Assembly (NCBI GenBank): GCA_015067305.1
Contig: SVMT01000002.1
Location: 36,759-100,758, forward strand
Length of the DNA: 64,000 nt
From: Oscillospiraceae bacterium
GTDB lineage: Bacteria > Bacillota > Clostridia > Oscillospirales > UBA644
Reading direction: 5' to 3'
Shown: positions 29,769 through 39,531 of the stretch, one piece after another
Numbering within the stretch: position 1 is the stretch's first letter
How the letters are laid out: every line of letters starts with the position of its first letter
Notes under the pieces: model-generated
The model's input: the letters and a program-made list of their open reading frames with translations, nothing else
Told to the model about the DNA's origin: nothing
The model's database searches: none
Program-made: the position numbers and the translations under genes

Positions 29769-31655
29769 TTATTTCTTTGAAAGCTGATCCTTATGATACT
29801 GAAGCATATACAGACCGTAATAACGACCTTTTTGTTCAAGGAGTTCAAAATGGTTACCTTGCTCAATTATCTTACCTTTAGAAAGGACAATAATATTATC
29901 AGCGTGCTGTATAGTTGACAAACGGTGTGCAACGATAAGCATAGTACCGATATTCATCATTTTTTCAAGAGAATCCTGAATCAGAAGTTCTGTCTCGGTG
30001 TCTATATTTGCTGTAGCTTCGTCAAGGATCATAACTTCAGGTTTATGGATTATTGTTCTTGCAAAAGAAAGAAGCTGTCTCTGACCTGCAGAGAAGTTGT
30101 TACCTCTCTCTCGAACCTCTTCATCAAGACCGTTTGGAAGCTTATCTATAAAGTGATCGGCATTTACATATCTGCATGCTTCAAGGATCTCTTCATCAGA
30201 ATACTTCTCTTCACGCAAAACGATATTTGAACGTATTGTGCCTGAAAACAGAAATACATCCTGGAGCATCTGTCCGAAATGTTTACGCAGTGAAGATATC
30301 TTGATCTTTCTGATATCTGTTCCGTCAACAAGTATCTGACCTTTTTGAATATCGTAGTTTCGGCAAAGCAAGGAAAGTATTGTAGTTTTACCTGAACCCG
30401 TTGAACCTACAAAGGCAACTGTCTGACCGGCTTTTACCTTGAAGGAAACATCCCGAAGCACCCATTCTTCATCATTGTATGCAAACCACACATTTTTAAA
30501 TTCAATATCTCCGTTAACTTTTTCAAGCTCGATAGAATCCTCGTCATCTGTTACAAGAGGTTTCATATCAAAAATAGTAAATATTTTTTCAGCAGAAGCG
30601 AATGCAGACTGTAACCAGTTAAACTGCTCTGCAAGGCTTTGGATGGGGTTGAAGAACTTTGAAATGTACATATAAAAAGTAACAACAACACCACCCGTAA
30701 TAGACTGACCTAAAAATACAGCGTTATCTATATAACCCTTACCGCCAAGATAAAGCAAACATAAAACAGAGGATATGTAAAGCATATAAACAATGGGACG
30801 GAAAATACCAAAAACGAATATCTGCTGTCTTTTAGCGTGTCCGAGGTTTGTATTTTTATCGGAAAACTCCTGCATTTTACGATCTTCACGGTTAAATATC
30901 TGAGTTATCTTCATACCAGAGAGATTTTCAGAAAGATAAGTATTGATATCAGTTGTTCCGTCTTTTACTTTTCGGTAAGCTCTTCTTGAGAATTTCCTGA
31001 AAATAACAGTAAATAAAACAATGAATGGTACAAAACAAAGAACCATAAATGTAAGCTTATAGTTAAGACAAAACATTGCAACGAGCACACCGATGATAAT
31101 AAAAGAGTTCTTTACAAGGTTTACGATAATATTTGTAAACATCATCGAGATAGCATTCGTATCGTTTGTTACACGAGTAACAAGTTTACCTACAGGAATA
31201 GAATTAAGCTGTGCATGTGAAAGACTCTCGATATGCACAAACAAGTCTTCACGAATCTTTGAAACAATTTTCTGTCCTGTTTTTTGAAGAACGATAGCTT
31301 GAATGTAAGAACAGAAAAGTGATACCAAAAGAATCCCTGCATATACAGCCACAAGTATCAGGAGAGGTTTCATCTCGAAATCTGCCTTTATCAGTTCTTC
31401 AATGTAACCTATCAATAACGGCGAAATTATATCATAAGCAATTGAAAAAAGCATTACTAAACCAACAAATACAAAACTCCATATATGAGGTTTTGCATAC
31501 TTCAACAAACGTTTTGTAATCTCTCCGTCTTTCATATTTCGATCAAAACCGATAGCTTCTTTTTTATCTTTCATTAAAGCGAATGCCACAATAAAAATAA
31601 TAGAAATTATGCCTATTATCGAAGCTACAAGTATTATCGGATAGTACTCATGCAT
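29769..31655 (-). CDS. ABC exporter, permease-ATPase subunit B (MdlB/YheH-like)
   Basis: GSTGSGKT, FSAGQRQ, ILDEATANID, AHRLST; start moved to 31655. Confidence 0.93.
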   Translation of the reverse strand: MHEYYPIILVASIIGIISIIFIVAFALMKDKKEAIGFDRNMKDGEITKRLLKYAKPHIWSFVFVGLVMLFSIAYDIISPLLIGYIEELIKADFEMKPLLILVAVYAGILLVSLFCSYIQAIVLQKTGQKIVSKIREDLFVHIESLSHAQLNSIPVGKLVTRVTNDTNAISMMFTNIIVNLVKNSFIIIGVLVAMFCLNYKLTFMVLCFVPFIVLFTVIFRKFSRRAYRKVKDGTTDINTYLSENLSGMKITQIFNREDRKMQEFSDKNTNLGHAKRQQIFVFGIFRPIVYMLYISSVLCLLYLGGKGYIDNAVFLGQSITGGVVVTFYMYISKFFNPIQSLAEQFNWLQSAFASAEKIFTIFDMKPLVTDDEDSIELEKVNGDIEFKNVWFAYNDEEWVLRDVSFKVKAGQTVAFVGSTGSGKTTILSLLCRNYDIQKGQILVDGTDIRKIKISSLRKHFGQMLQDVFLFSGTIRSNIVLREEKYSDEEILEACRYVNADHFIDKLPNGLDEEVRERGNNFSAGQRQLLSFARTIIHKPEVMILDEATANIDTETELLIQDSLEKMMNIGTMLIVAHRLSTIQHADNIIVLSKGKIIEQGNHFELLEQKGRYYGLYMLQYHKDQLSKK

Positions 31656-33432
31656 TGATTTCACCCCCGTGTTCTTCATCAAGTTTCTGAAGATCAACCA
31701 TTGTCTTGTATTCAGCACAAGTATTCAAAAGCTCTGTATGTGTACCGATTGCTGATATACTGCCGTCATTGATAAATATGATCTTATCCATTTTTTCAAT
31801 AGTAGTGATCCTGTGAGCAATAAGAATAGTGGTCTTTCCCTGTCTGTTCTCTCTCAGATTATCGAGGATAGTTTTTTCGGTTTTTGTATCGACAGCGGAA
31901 ACCGAGTCGTCAAGAATCAAAATCGGAGCATTTTTCATTAAAGCTCTTGCAATAGAAATTCGCTGTTTCTGTCCGCCTGAAACGGTAACACCTCGTTCAC
32001 CAAGAACAGTTTTATAACCTTCGGTAAATTCAGAAATATTTGTATCCACATCTGAATTTTTTGCCGCTGCTACAACATCTTCAATAGAAACCTCATCCGA
32101 TGCGAAAGCTATGTTATTCTCTATCGTATCACTAAAAAGGAAATTATCCTGAGGAACATATGCCGCATATTTTCTGACGGATTTTATAGGAATTGTATTT
32201 ACGTCATGACCATCAATGAAAATAGTACCGTCAGGTACATTATATGTACGAAGAATAAGATCCACTATGGTAGTTTTACCTGAACCGGTTTTACCTATAA
32301 TACCAACATTTTCTCCTGCAGATATCTTGAATGAAACATTATTAAGAACATCATAACTGCCATCAGGATACCTGAATGTGAGATTTTTGAATTCTATATC
32401 ACCTTTGATCTCTCCCGGATCAATAACTCCGTCATTATCCTTTACATCTAAAGGTGCATCGAGAAGCTCACTTATACGTGAAAGTGAAGCTTGCCCTCTG
32501 GACTGCATTTCAATAAGCTGAGATACTGCCATTACAGGCCAAACAATTGATGTAAAATAACTGATAAATTCAATCAATTCTCCTGCATTGAAAGTATCGT
32601 TGTATACCAAATAACCGCCGTATCCGAGAATAATACAAATAACGGATTCAACGAAAAGAGTAACAGATATATTCAAAAGTGTGGAAGCCTTTGTATAAGC
32701 GACGTTTGCATTTTCATTTTTTACGTTAAGCTTCTTAAACGCAAGCAACTCCAGAAATTCTTTTACGAAAGCTTTTACAACTGCAATTCCTGAAAAGTTT
32801 TCCTGTGAAAAATCGGAGAGGTCAGAAAATGCAGCCTGACGAATTTCCCACTTTTCACGCATATATTTACCAACAATAGTTCCCACTAAAAGCAAAAGTA
32901 CCATTGGTATAAGTGTCAACAGCGCCAAAAACCAGTTCATCATCCACATTTTGTAGATAGCTAATCCACCGAGAAGCAATGCGTCAAAGAACATCAGAAT
33001 TCCCGAACCGAAGCAATCCTGAACAGTTTCAAGGTCATTTGTAAAAAGAGACATCATATTACCAACTTTGTTTACCTGGTAATACTGCTGTGAAAGGTCT
33101 CTGCAATGATCAAACATTCTCCTACGGATATCAGTTTCAACTTTTATACCTGAACCGAAGAAGCATATACGCCAAAGAAAACGACCGATGACCATGAATA
33201 AAATAATAAAGATCATTGGCAAGCATACCTTGTCCAAAAGAAAATCCGTATTAAATTCATGCAAAACTCCGTCGATTTCAACTACTCCGTCATTAATACC
33301 GTTAATAACCATTTTGTAAAGTCTCGGAACTTCAAGTTGTAAAACGTCAACAAGAACGAGGGCAAGAATACCGAGAGTAAGAACAGGGGAGTATTTCAGA
33401 TAATATCTGTTTATATGTTTTCCGAATACCAT
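31648..33432 (-). CDS. ABC exporter, permease-ATPase subunit A (MdlA/YheI-like)
   Basis: GKTGSGKT, VSGGQKQR, degenerate Walker B ILDDSVSAVD; overlaps its partner. Confidence 0.93.
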   Translation of the reverse strand: MVFGKHINRYYLKYSPVLTLGILALVLVDVLQLEVPRLYKMVINGINDGVVEIDGVLHEFNTDFLLDKVCLPMIFIILFMVIGRFLWRICFFGSGIKVETDIRRRMFDHCRDLSQQYYQVNKVGNMMSLFTNDLETVQDCFGSGILMFFDALLLGGLAIYKMWMMNWFLALLTLIPMVLLLLVGTIVGKYMREKWEIRQAAFSDLSDFSQENFSGIAVVKAFVKEFLELLAFKKLNVKNENANVAYTKASTLLNISVTLFVESVICIILGYGGYLVYNDTFNAGELIEFISYFTSIVWPVMAVSQLIEMQSRGQASLSRISELLDAPLDVKDNDGVIDPGEIKGDIEFKNLTFRYPDGSYDVLNNVSFKISAGENVGIIGKTGSGKTTIVDLILRTYNVPDGTIFIDGHDVNTIPIKSVRKYAAYVPQDNFLFSDTIENNIAFASDEVSIEDVVAAAKNSDVDTNISEFTEGYKTVLGERGVTVSGGQKQRISIARALMKNAPILILDDSVSAVDTKTEKTILDNLRENRQGKTTILIAHRITTIEKMDKIIFINDGSISAIGTHTELLNTCAEYKTMVDLQKLDEEHGGEINA

Positions 33433-33585
33433 AAAGATCTCCATTCATTTTTATTTTTCAAGTTTATATATTATATCATTTTAATAAGTAAGAATCAACA
33501 GAAAATTATTTATTTCATAATTTTCTGCGGATTTTTTCATTATATTGCAAACTTCCCATGATACAATATGTCAAAAATAATATTA

Positions 33586-33671
33586 AACTGCCACCGGGTA
33601 GATAAATGTAATTATTTACATTCGTTAACATATCGTTAGGTCTTTGAAGATATGTTTGCGAATGTTTTTTT
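33586..33671 (+). promoter_or_regulatory. Structured pnuC leader ending in a terminator-like hairpin (putative attenuator)
   Basis: ACATTCG..AACATATC/GATATGTT..CGAATGT plus a U-run immediately before GGAGG. Confidence 0.65.
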
Positions 33672-33685
33672 ATTGGAGGAAAATC

Positions 33686-34372
33686 ATGAAATTTAACCCA
33701 TTCAAAGAATTGAATAAATTTGAAAAGAACCTATGGTTCATATCGGTAAGTACTATCCTTATATCTTATTTATGCCTTGGAGGTTCTGACTGCCTTACAC
33801 TTACGGCATCACTTATAGGCGTAACCGCGTTAATTTTTGTAGCAAAAGGATTTGTTATCGGACAGGTTCTTACAGTAGTCTTTTCAGTTTTTTACGGAAT
33901 AATTTCTTATTTTTTCTCATATTACGGAGAAATGATAACATATCTTGGAATGACAACACCTATAGCAATAATGGCTATAATTTCATGGATGCATCATCCA
34001 TACAAAGGTACACGGGAGGTTGCCGTACATAAAGTAACAAAAATGCAACTGATCGTTATGATATTACTTTCTTTGATCACAACAATAATTTTCTACTTTA
34101 TCCTTAAAGCGATTGGAAATGCAAACCTCTTTGTCAGCACCATTTCAGTTACAACAAGTTTCATTGCATCTTATCTTACATTTTTGAGAAGTCCTTACTA
34201 TGCATTAGGATACGCAGCCAACGATATTATCCTGATAATATTATGGATACTTGCAACGATCGAGGATTTCTCTTATTTCCCGATGATAATATGCTTCATA
34301 CTGTTTTTAATAAACGACCTTTACGGATTTTATAATTGGATAAAAATGGAAAAACGACAGAATAATACATGA
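33686..34372 (+). CDS. pnuC: PnuC-family (nicotinamide riboside/nucleoside-type) transporter
   Basis: ASLIGVTALIFVAKG...YYGEMITY...RSPYYALGYAAND...NDLYGFYNW; start 33686 behind GGAGG. Confidence 0.85.
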   Translation: MKFNPFKELNKFEKNLWFISVSTILISYLCLGGSDCLTLTASLIGVTALIFVAKGFVIGQVLTVVFSVFYGIISYFFSYYGEMITYLGMTTPIAIMAIISWMHHPYKGTREVAVHKVTKMQLIVMILLSLITTIIFYFILKAIGNANLFVSTISVTTSFIASYLTFLRSPYYALGYAANDIILIILWILATIEDFSYFPMIICFILFLINDLYGFYNWIKMEKRQNNT

Positions 34373-34441
34373 TCAGATATTCAGAAAAAACCATATTTCC
34401 CGTCAAATTTCGGAGTTTTATAGAAATTTATAAGACATAGA

Positions 34442-34470
34442 TTGACAATGAAATAGTAATTTGTTATAAT
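34442..34470 (+). promoter_or_regulatory. Consensus sigma-A promoter of the SPFH operon
   Basis: TTGACA-17 nt-TATAAT with TG extension. Confidence 0.85.
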
Positions 34471-34521
34471 AAAAGAGTAAAATAAACCATGCAAACAATT
34501 AAATAAAAAGGAGATATAAAT

Positions 34522-35841
34522 ATGGGACTTATTAAAGCAGGACTTGGTGCATTAGGCGGCACATTGGCAGATCAATGGAAAGAGTTTTTCTATTGCGATG
34601 CTATGGACGCAAATGTTCTTGTAACCAAAGGTCAGAAAAAAACAAGCAACCGTTCTTCCAACACTAAAGGTGAAGACAATATCATTTCAAACGGTTCCGG
34701 TATCGCAGTTGCCGATGGACAGTGTATGATAATTGTAGAGCAGGGAAAAGTTGTTGAAGTATGTGCTGAACCAGGTGAATTTACATATGATAAATCCACC
34801 GAACCCAGTATTTTTGCGGGAAATCTTGGCCAGTCAATCCTTGACTCTTTCAAGACTATCGGTAAAAGATTTACTTATGGCGGCGATACCGGCAAGGACC
34901 AGAGAATCTATTATTTCAATACAAAAGAACTTATTGATAACAAATTCGGTACCCCGAATCCTATTCCGTTCAGAGTAGTAGACAGATCCATAGGATTGGA
35001 TATTGATGTTTCTGTAAGATGTTCCGGTATTTACTCTTACAAAATTGTAGACCCGATCCTTTTTTACACAAATGTTTGCGGAAATATAGAAGATCAATAT
35101 ACAAGAGACACTATTGAGGGTCAATTAAAAACTGAATTTATAAGCGCTCTCCAGCCCGCATTTGGTAAGCTTTCTGAAAAAGAACTCAGACCTAATCAGA
35201 TAATTACACACAATACCGATCTTGAAAACGCAATGAATGAAGCTCTTTCATCAAAATGGGGAACCCTCAGAGGTCTTAAAGTTGTAAGCGTTGCACTCGG
35301 TTCTGTAACATTACCCGAAGAAGATTCCGAACTTATCAAACAGGCACAGCGTACCGCAATAATGAGAGATCCTACTATGGCAGCGGCAACGCTCGTTGGG
35401 GCTCAGGCAGATGCAATGAAGGCTGCTGCATCCAACGAAGGAGGCGCAATGACAGGGTTTATGGGAATGGGTATGGCACAGAACGCCGGTGGATTGAACG
35501 CTCAGAACCTGTTTGAAATGGGCGCAAAAAAGAAAGCAGAAGCTCCTGAAGTAAAAGAAGAAACGATCATAAACACATGGAAATGTCCCACTTGCGGTGC
35601 TGAAGCTTCCGGTAAATTCTGTACTGAATGTGGAACTAAAAAACCTGAAATAAATGGTTGGACCTGCAAATGCGGTTCTGTAAACAAAGGTAATTTCTGT
35701 CCCGAATGCGGTTCCAGGAGACCTCCCAACGAACCTCTTTACAAATGCGATAAATGTGGTTGGGAACCTGAAGATCCTAAAAATCCACCTAAATTCTGTC
35801 CCGAATGCGGTGACAGATTCACAGATGATGACATCAAATAA
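34522..35841 (+). CDS. SPFH/band-7 domain protein with C-terminal zinc ribbons (YdjI-like)
   Basis: LADQWKEF, IISNGS, KFGTPNPIPF, repeated W.C..CG...FC.ECG. Confidence 0.88.
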   Translation: MGLIKAGLGALGGTLADQWKEFFYCDAMDANVLVTKGQKKTSNRSSNTKGEDNIISNGSGIAVADGQCMIIVEQGKVVEVCAEPGEFTYDKSTEPSIFAGNLGQSILDSFKTIGKRFTYGGDTGKDQRIYYFNTKELIDNKFGTPNPIPFRVVDRSIGLDIDVSVRCSGIYSYKIVDPILFYTNVCGNIEDQYTRDTIEGQLKTEFISALQPAFGKLSEKELRPNQIITHNTDLENAMNEALSSKWGTLRGLKVVSVALGSVTLPEEDSELIKQAQRTAIMRDPTMAAATLVGAQADAMKAAASNEGGAMTGFMGMGMAQNAGGLNAQNLFEMGAKKKAEAPEVKEETIINTWKCPTCGAEASGKFCTECGTKKPEINGWTCKCGSVNKGNFCPECGSRRPPNEPLYKCDKCGWEPEDPKNPPKFCPECGDRFTDDDIK

Positions 35842-35852
35842 GGATGATGTAA

Positions 35853-36938
35853 ATGGCCAATTTAATTGAATATAAATGCCCATGTTGCGGAGGCGCAATA
35901 GAATTTGACAGTTCTCTTCAAAAAATGAAGTGTCCGTACTGTGACACAGAATTTGAAATGGAAACTTTAAAGAATTATGATGAAGAACTGAAAACTCAAA
36001 AACCAGACGATCTCACATGGGAGAAAAAAGTAGGCTCTGAATGGAATGCTGAAGATGAGGATAGTCTCATCTCTTATATCTGCAATTCCTGCGGCGGTGA
36101 GATATTAACTGATAAAACAACTGCGGCAACTCACTGTCCTTTCTGTGGTAATCCCGTAGTCATGAAAGAACATTTTAAAGGTCATTTGAAACCGGATTAC
36201 GTTATACCTTTCAAGTTAGATAAAGAAGCTGCTAAAAAAGGGCTAAAAAAGCACCTTGAGGGTAAAAAACTCTTACCTAAAATATTCAAAGACGAAAATC
36301 ACATTGAAGAGATCAAGGGAGTTTATGTTCCTGTCTGGCTTTTTGATGCAAATGCAAATGCCGATATCAGATATAAAGGAACAAAGATCCGAGTCTGGAG
36401 TGACTTTAACTACAATTACACCGAAACATCTACATATTCTGTAGTAAGACAAGGCTCATTGGAGTTCAAAAGTGTTCCTGTAGATGGATCGTCTAAAATT
36501 GATGATGATCTTATGGAATCCATAGAACCATTCAACTTTGACGAAGCAGTCGATTTTCAAACGGCATATCTTGCAGGATATCTTGCAGATAAATACGATG
36601 TCAGCGAAGAACAGAGCATCACAAGGGCAAACGAAAGAATTAAAAAGAGTACAGAAGCAGCATTTGCGTCAACGGTAAACGGATATAATTCTTTAATGCC
36701 TGAAAACAGTAGTGTTCAACTCACAAAAAGCGAAGCTAAATATGCATTATATCCTGTATGGCTATTAAATACAAAATGGCAAGATAAAACTTATACATTT
36801 GCAATGAACGGACAGACAGGAAAGTTCGTAGGAAACCTACCTATGGACAAAAACGCATATTATAAATATCTCTTCGGCTTGACAGCTGGAATCGGAGCTG
36901 TAGTATTCGCGCTTCTGACCCTACTTTCATTTATGTAG
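35853..36938 (+). CDS. Zinc-ribbon membrane protein (YdjG-like)
   Basis: CPCCGG..CPYC, CNSCGG..CPFCG, PDYVIPF, YVPVWLFD, MNGQTGK, C-terminal TM. Confidence 0.85.
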   Translation: MANLIEYKCPCCGGAIEFDSSLQKMKCPYCDTEFEMETLKNYDEELKTQKPDDLTWEKKVGSEWNAEDEDSLISYICNSCGGEILTDKTTAATHCPFCGNPVVMKEHFKGHLKPDYVIPFKLDKEAAKKGLKKHLEGKKLLPKIFKDENHIEEIKGVYVPVWLFDANANADIRYKGTKIRVWSDFNYNYTETSTYSVVRQGSLEFKSVPVDGSSKIDDDLMESIEPFNFDEAVDFQTAYLAGYLADKYDVSEEQSITRANERIKKSTEAAFASTVNGYNSLMPENSSVQLTKSEAKYALYPVWLLNTKWQDKTYTFAMNGQTGKFVGNLPMDKNAYYKYLFGLTAGIGAVVFALLTLLSFM

Positions 36939-36949
36939 GAGGATAGACC

Positions 36950-37789
36950 ATGAAAAAGATCACATTTTTACTTATTGCGTTTATTCTTTTAACAACATCA
37001 ATTCCTACATTTGCAATGAATTCAAGATTGAATGACGGTGCTGACCTTCTTACATCAAGCGAAGAAGATTTAATAATATCAACACTTGATACCGTAAACC
37101 AATCGTATGGATTTGACCTCGTTATTGTCACAACAAATGATACCAACGGAAAATCCGTAATGGAATATGCTGACGATTATTACGACAGTAACGGTTACGG
37201 TAACGATGGAGTCTTGTTGCTTGTTGACATGGGTGGCAGAGAATGGTGGATATCTACGGCAGGAAAAGGAATTGATTATTTCAGCGACAGTACATTGGAC
37301 TACATCGGTTCTGAAATGGCATATTACCTTGGCGAAAGTAATTATCTGGAAGCATTTCAATGTTTCATATCATTAACCGAGTCTTATATCTCAATGGGTG
37401 AAGAAGGTTATGATACAAACTATGATTACGATTATGGATATGATTCTAATTTCGGTGTTGATTCTGATTTCACTTATGAAAGTGAATACAGTTTTGGTAC
37501 AACATTGATAGTATCGCTTATTGCAGGTTTTATTATAGCACTGATATATGTTTCCTCACTTAAAGCAAAACTCACATCAGTGGGTGCTCAAAAAGAAGCT
37601 TCCAATTATGCTGTAAACAACAGTCTGCAAATCGCGGCAACAAGAGATAATTTCCTTTACAGAAATGTCTCAAGAGTTCCGAGACCTAAATCCAATTCAA
37701 GCTCACGCTCCGGTCGTTCAGGTGGAAGCCATTCCGTTCACCGTTCATCTTCAGGAAGAAGTCACGGCGGACGCGGAGGAAAGTTCTAA
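36950..37789 (+). CDS. TPM-domain protein (YdjH-like)
   Basis: Signal peptide, DGADLLT..EE, YADDYYD, TM, Ser/Gly/Arg tail ending HGGRGGKF. Confidence 0.88.
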   Translation: MKKITFLLIAFILLTTSIPTFAMNSRLNDGADLLTSSEEDLIISTLDTVNQSYGFDLVIVTTNDTNGKSVMEYADDYYDSNGYGNDGVLLLVDMGGREWWISTAGKGIDYFSDSTLDYIGSEMAYYLGESNYLEAFQCFISLTESYISMGEEGYDTNYDYDYGYDSNFGVDSDFTYESEYSFGTTLIVSLIAGFIIALIYVSSLKAKLTSVGAQKEASNYAVNNSLQIAATRDNFLYRNVSRVPRPKSNSSSRSGRSGGSHSVHRSSSGRSHGGRGGKF

Positions 37790-37802
37790 TTTAAAAAAAT
37801 TT

Positions 37803-37832
37803 ACAGCCAACGGGAAACCGCTGGCTGTTTTT
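37803..37832. terminator. Terminator between the TPM gene and ECF-2
   Basis: ACAGCCA-A-CGG GAAA CCG-C-TGGCTGT-TTTT. Confidence 0.8.
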
Positions 37833-37843
37833 CTATCAAATTG

Positions 37844-39469
37844 TTACACACGAAGAAACGCACCGACTGTATCGCTTGTATTTTCATCATACTTGATCCA
37901 ACCTGTATTCAATGCGTGCATAAATACATATCTTCTGTCAAAAGCTTCATCATGAGATGCAAACTGAGTAAGCTTTTTATTGTCTCGTATTGCTTTCGGA
38001 AGATCTTTTTTTACTATCTCATTACCGAAATCGTATGCAATTTTAAAATATGCAGTAATATCTTCAATCATATCGTTAACGATCTTCTGATCTGCTTCGG
38101 AAAAACCTTTAATTACGGAATCCAAATCTTCAAGGACTAAAATCTGAAGTTCATAACCGATATCCGATTTTTTCAAGTAGCCGTATTTCACAAGATTTTC
38201 TACGATGTAAGGCTTGACCTCATCAATTTTGCCCTCATGGATAAGCTTCATTGAATAAGCTTCTTCCTGAGAAATTTTTCCGGGAGTCTTATTGCATATA
38301 TCATCCATAGAATATCTATACTGACCCCAATATACATACGGTTCATTTTCATTATGACTGAGTCCAGCATTTAATCCAATAAAAGGTAAGGATTCAATTC
38401 CGGTATCTTCAAAACCGACAATGTCCCATGCACCGTTATCGGGACGTTTTGTATAAGTGAAATCTTTCATCCAATATTTACGTCTGAAATAATCGAATGC
38501 AATCGGAAGCAATGTCCATTTTGCGTCTTCGTAAGTTTGATAGTTTCCGTAGAGAGATTTACCGTTTTTCTCGCAAATGGAGCAAATTGTATCAACAAAA
38601 TTCTCGAGCATTTCAGTAGCTTTGGGAGTCCATGCATCAACTTCTTCCTGAAGTCTTATCTGAGCATCTTTACTGATTATAGGGAATGAAGTTTCGTATT
38701 TATCACCGTTTTTGATAAGAAATGTTTCTTTTACCAAGTATTCAAGTTCATCTTCCATGTAGGGAAGTGCGATGCCGAGTTCAAGAGCCAACTGTTCAGC
38801 AGTTTCGGGATTTCCGTAAACTTCAAGGAAAATATTCTTATACATAGAGTGATTCAATATTGTCCAAGGCTGACCGTTATCACCAAACGCATCACAACTG
38901 TTGGAAAAACTAACATTTTCGGGTTTATAACTTCTTCTACCAAATTCTCTTGCCATGTCTATACCTTCTTTCAAAATTTTACGCGCACGGAAGAGCTTCG
39001 TCTTCACTGTGCCTTCGGGAAGTCCCAACGAAGATGCAATATCCTGAACCTTACGGTCCTCAAGATAAAACGCCACAAGAATGTTTCTGTAATCCGATGA
39101 AATAAACGCAAGTTCGCGTTTCATAAGCGCAAGGAGCTCCTCATCAACAAGCGTTTCTTCAAATCGGTAATCGTCTTCAAAATCGAATCCTTCAACATCG
39201 GAACTTTCAGTACGTTTCAGTTTTCTGGACTTGCCGGCAGCCCATTTACTGTACTTGTTCCGAGATATCTGCCACACCCAAGCGGAGAAATTACGGGGGA
39301 TAGTACCTTTACCGAGAGCTGAAATAATATCCAATGTTATTTCAGAAGTAAGATCCTCAGCCTCGTAACTGTCACCTGTCTTGCGTAAGCAGAAATAGAA
39401 AACCTTTCCCATGTAGTTTTCGGTGAAATCTTTTATAAGCTTTTCCGAAATCGTTTTATTGTCAATCAT
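37844..39469 (-). CDS. ECF sigma factor fused to a winged-helix and a large C-terminal domain (paralog 2)
   Basis: AEDLTSEI...AWVWQISRN, VQDIASSLGLPEGTVKTKLFRARK, TAEQLALELGIALPYMEDEL. Confidence 0.9.
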   Translation of the reverse strand: MIDNKTISEKLIKDFTENYMGKVFYFCLRKTGDSYEAEDLTSEITLDIISALGKGTIPRNFSAWVWQISRNKYSKWAAGKSRKLKRTESSDVEGFDFEDDYRFEETLVDEELLALMKRELAFISSDYRNILVAFYLEDRKVQDIASSLGLPEGTVKTKLFRARKILKEGIDMAREFGRRSYKPENVSFSNSCDAFGDNGQPWTILNHSMYKNIFLEVYGNPETAEQLALELGIALPYMEDELEYLVKETFLIKNGDKYETSFPIISKDAQIRLQEEVDAWTPKATEMLENFVDTICSICEKNGKSLYGNYQTYEDAKWTLLPIAFDYFRRKYWMKDFTYTKRPDNGAWDIVGFEDTGIESLPFIGLNAGLSHNENEPYVYWGQYRYSMDDICNKTPGKISQEEAYSMKLIHEGKIDEVKPYIVENLVKYGYLKKSDIGYELQILVLEDLDSVIKGFSEADQKIVNDMIEDITAYFKIAYDFGNEIVKKDLPKAIRDNKKLTQFASHDEAFDRRYVFMHALNTGWIKYDENTSDTVGAFLRV

Positions 39470-39481
39470 CGTTTTGACCTC

Positions 39482-39519
39482 CTTTCACTTATATAGTGTT
39501 GCAAGATTTGATTTGGTTT
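39482..39519 (-). promoter_or_regulatory. Putative ECF autoregulatory promoter (copy 2)
   Basis: AAACC-15 nt-ACACTATATAAGTGAAAG, running into GGAGG RBS. Confidence 0.7.
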
Positions 39520-39531
39520 CAAAAAAAATTA

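Noticed and set aside
33519-33533. CodY-like AATTTTCTGCGGATT, and Rex-like ATGCGAAATTATTTGCAA at 58981
   Set aside because: Three or more mismatches in AT-rich DNA; not distinguishable from chance.
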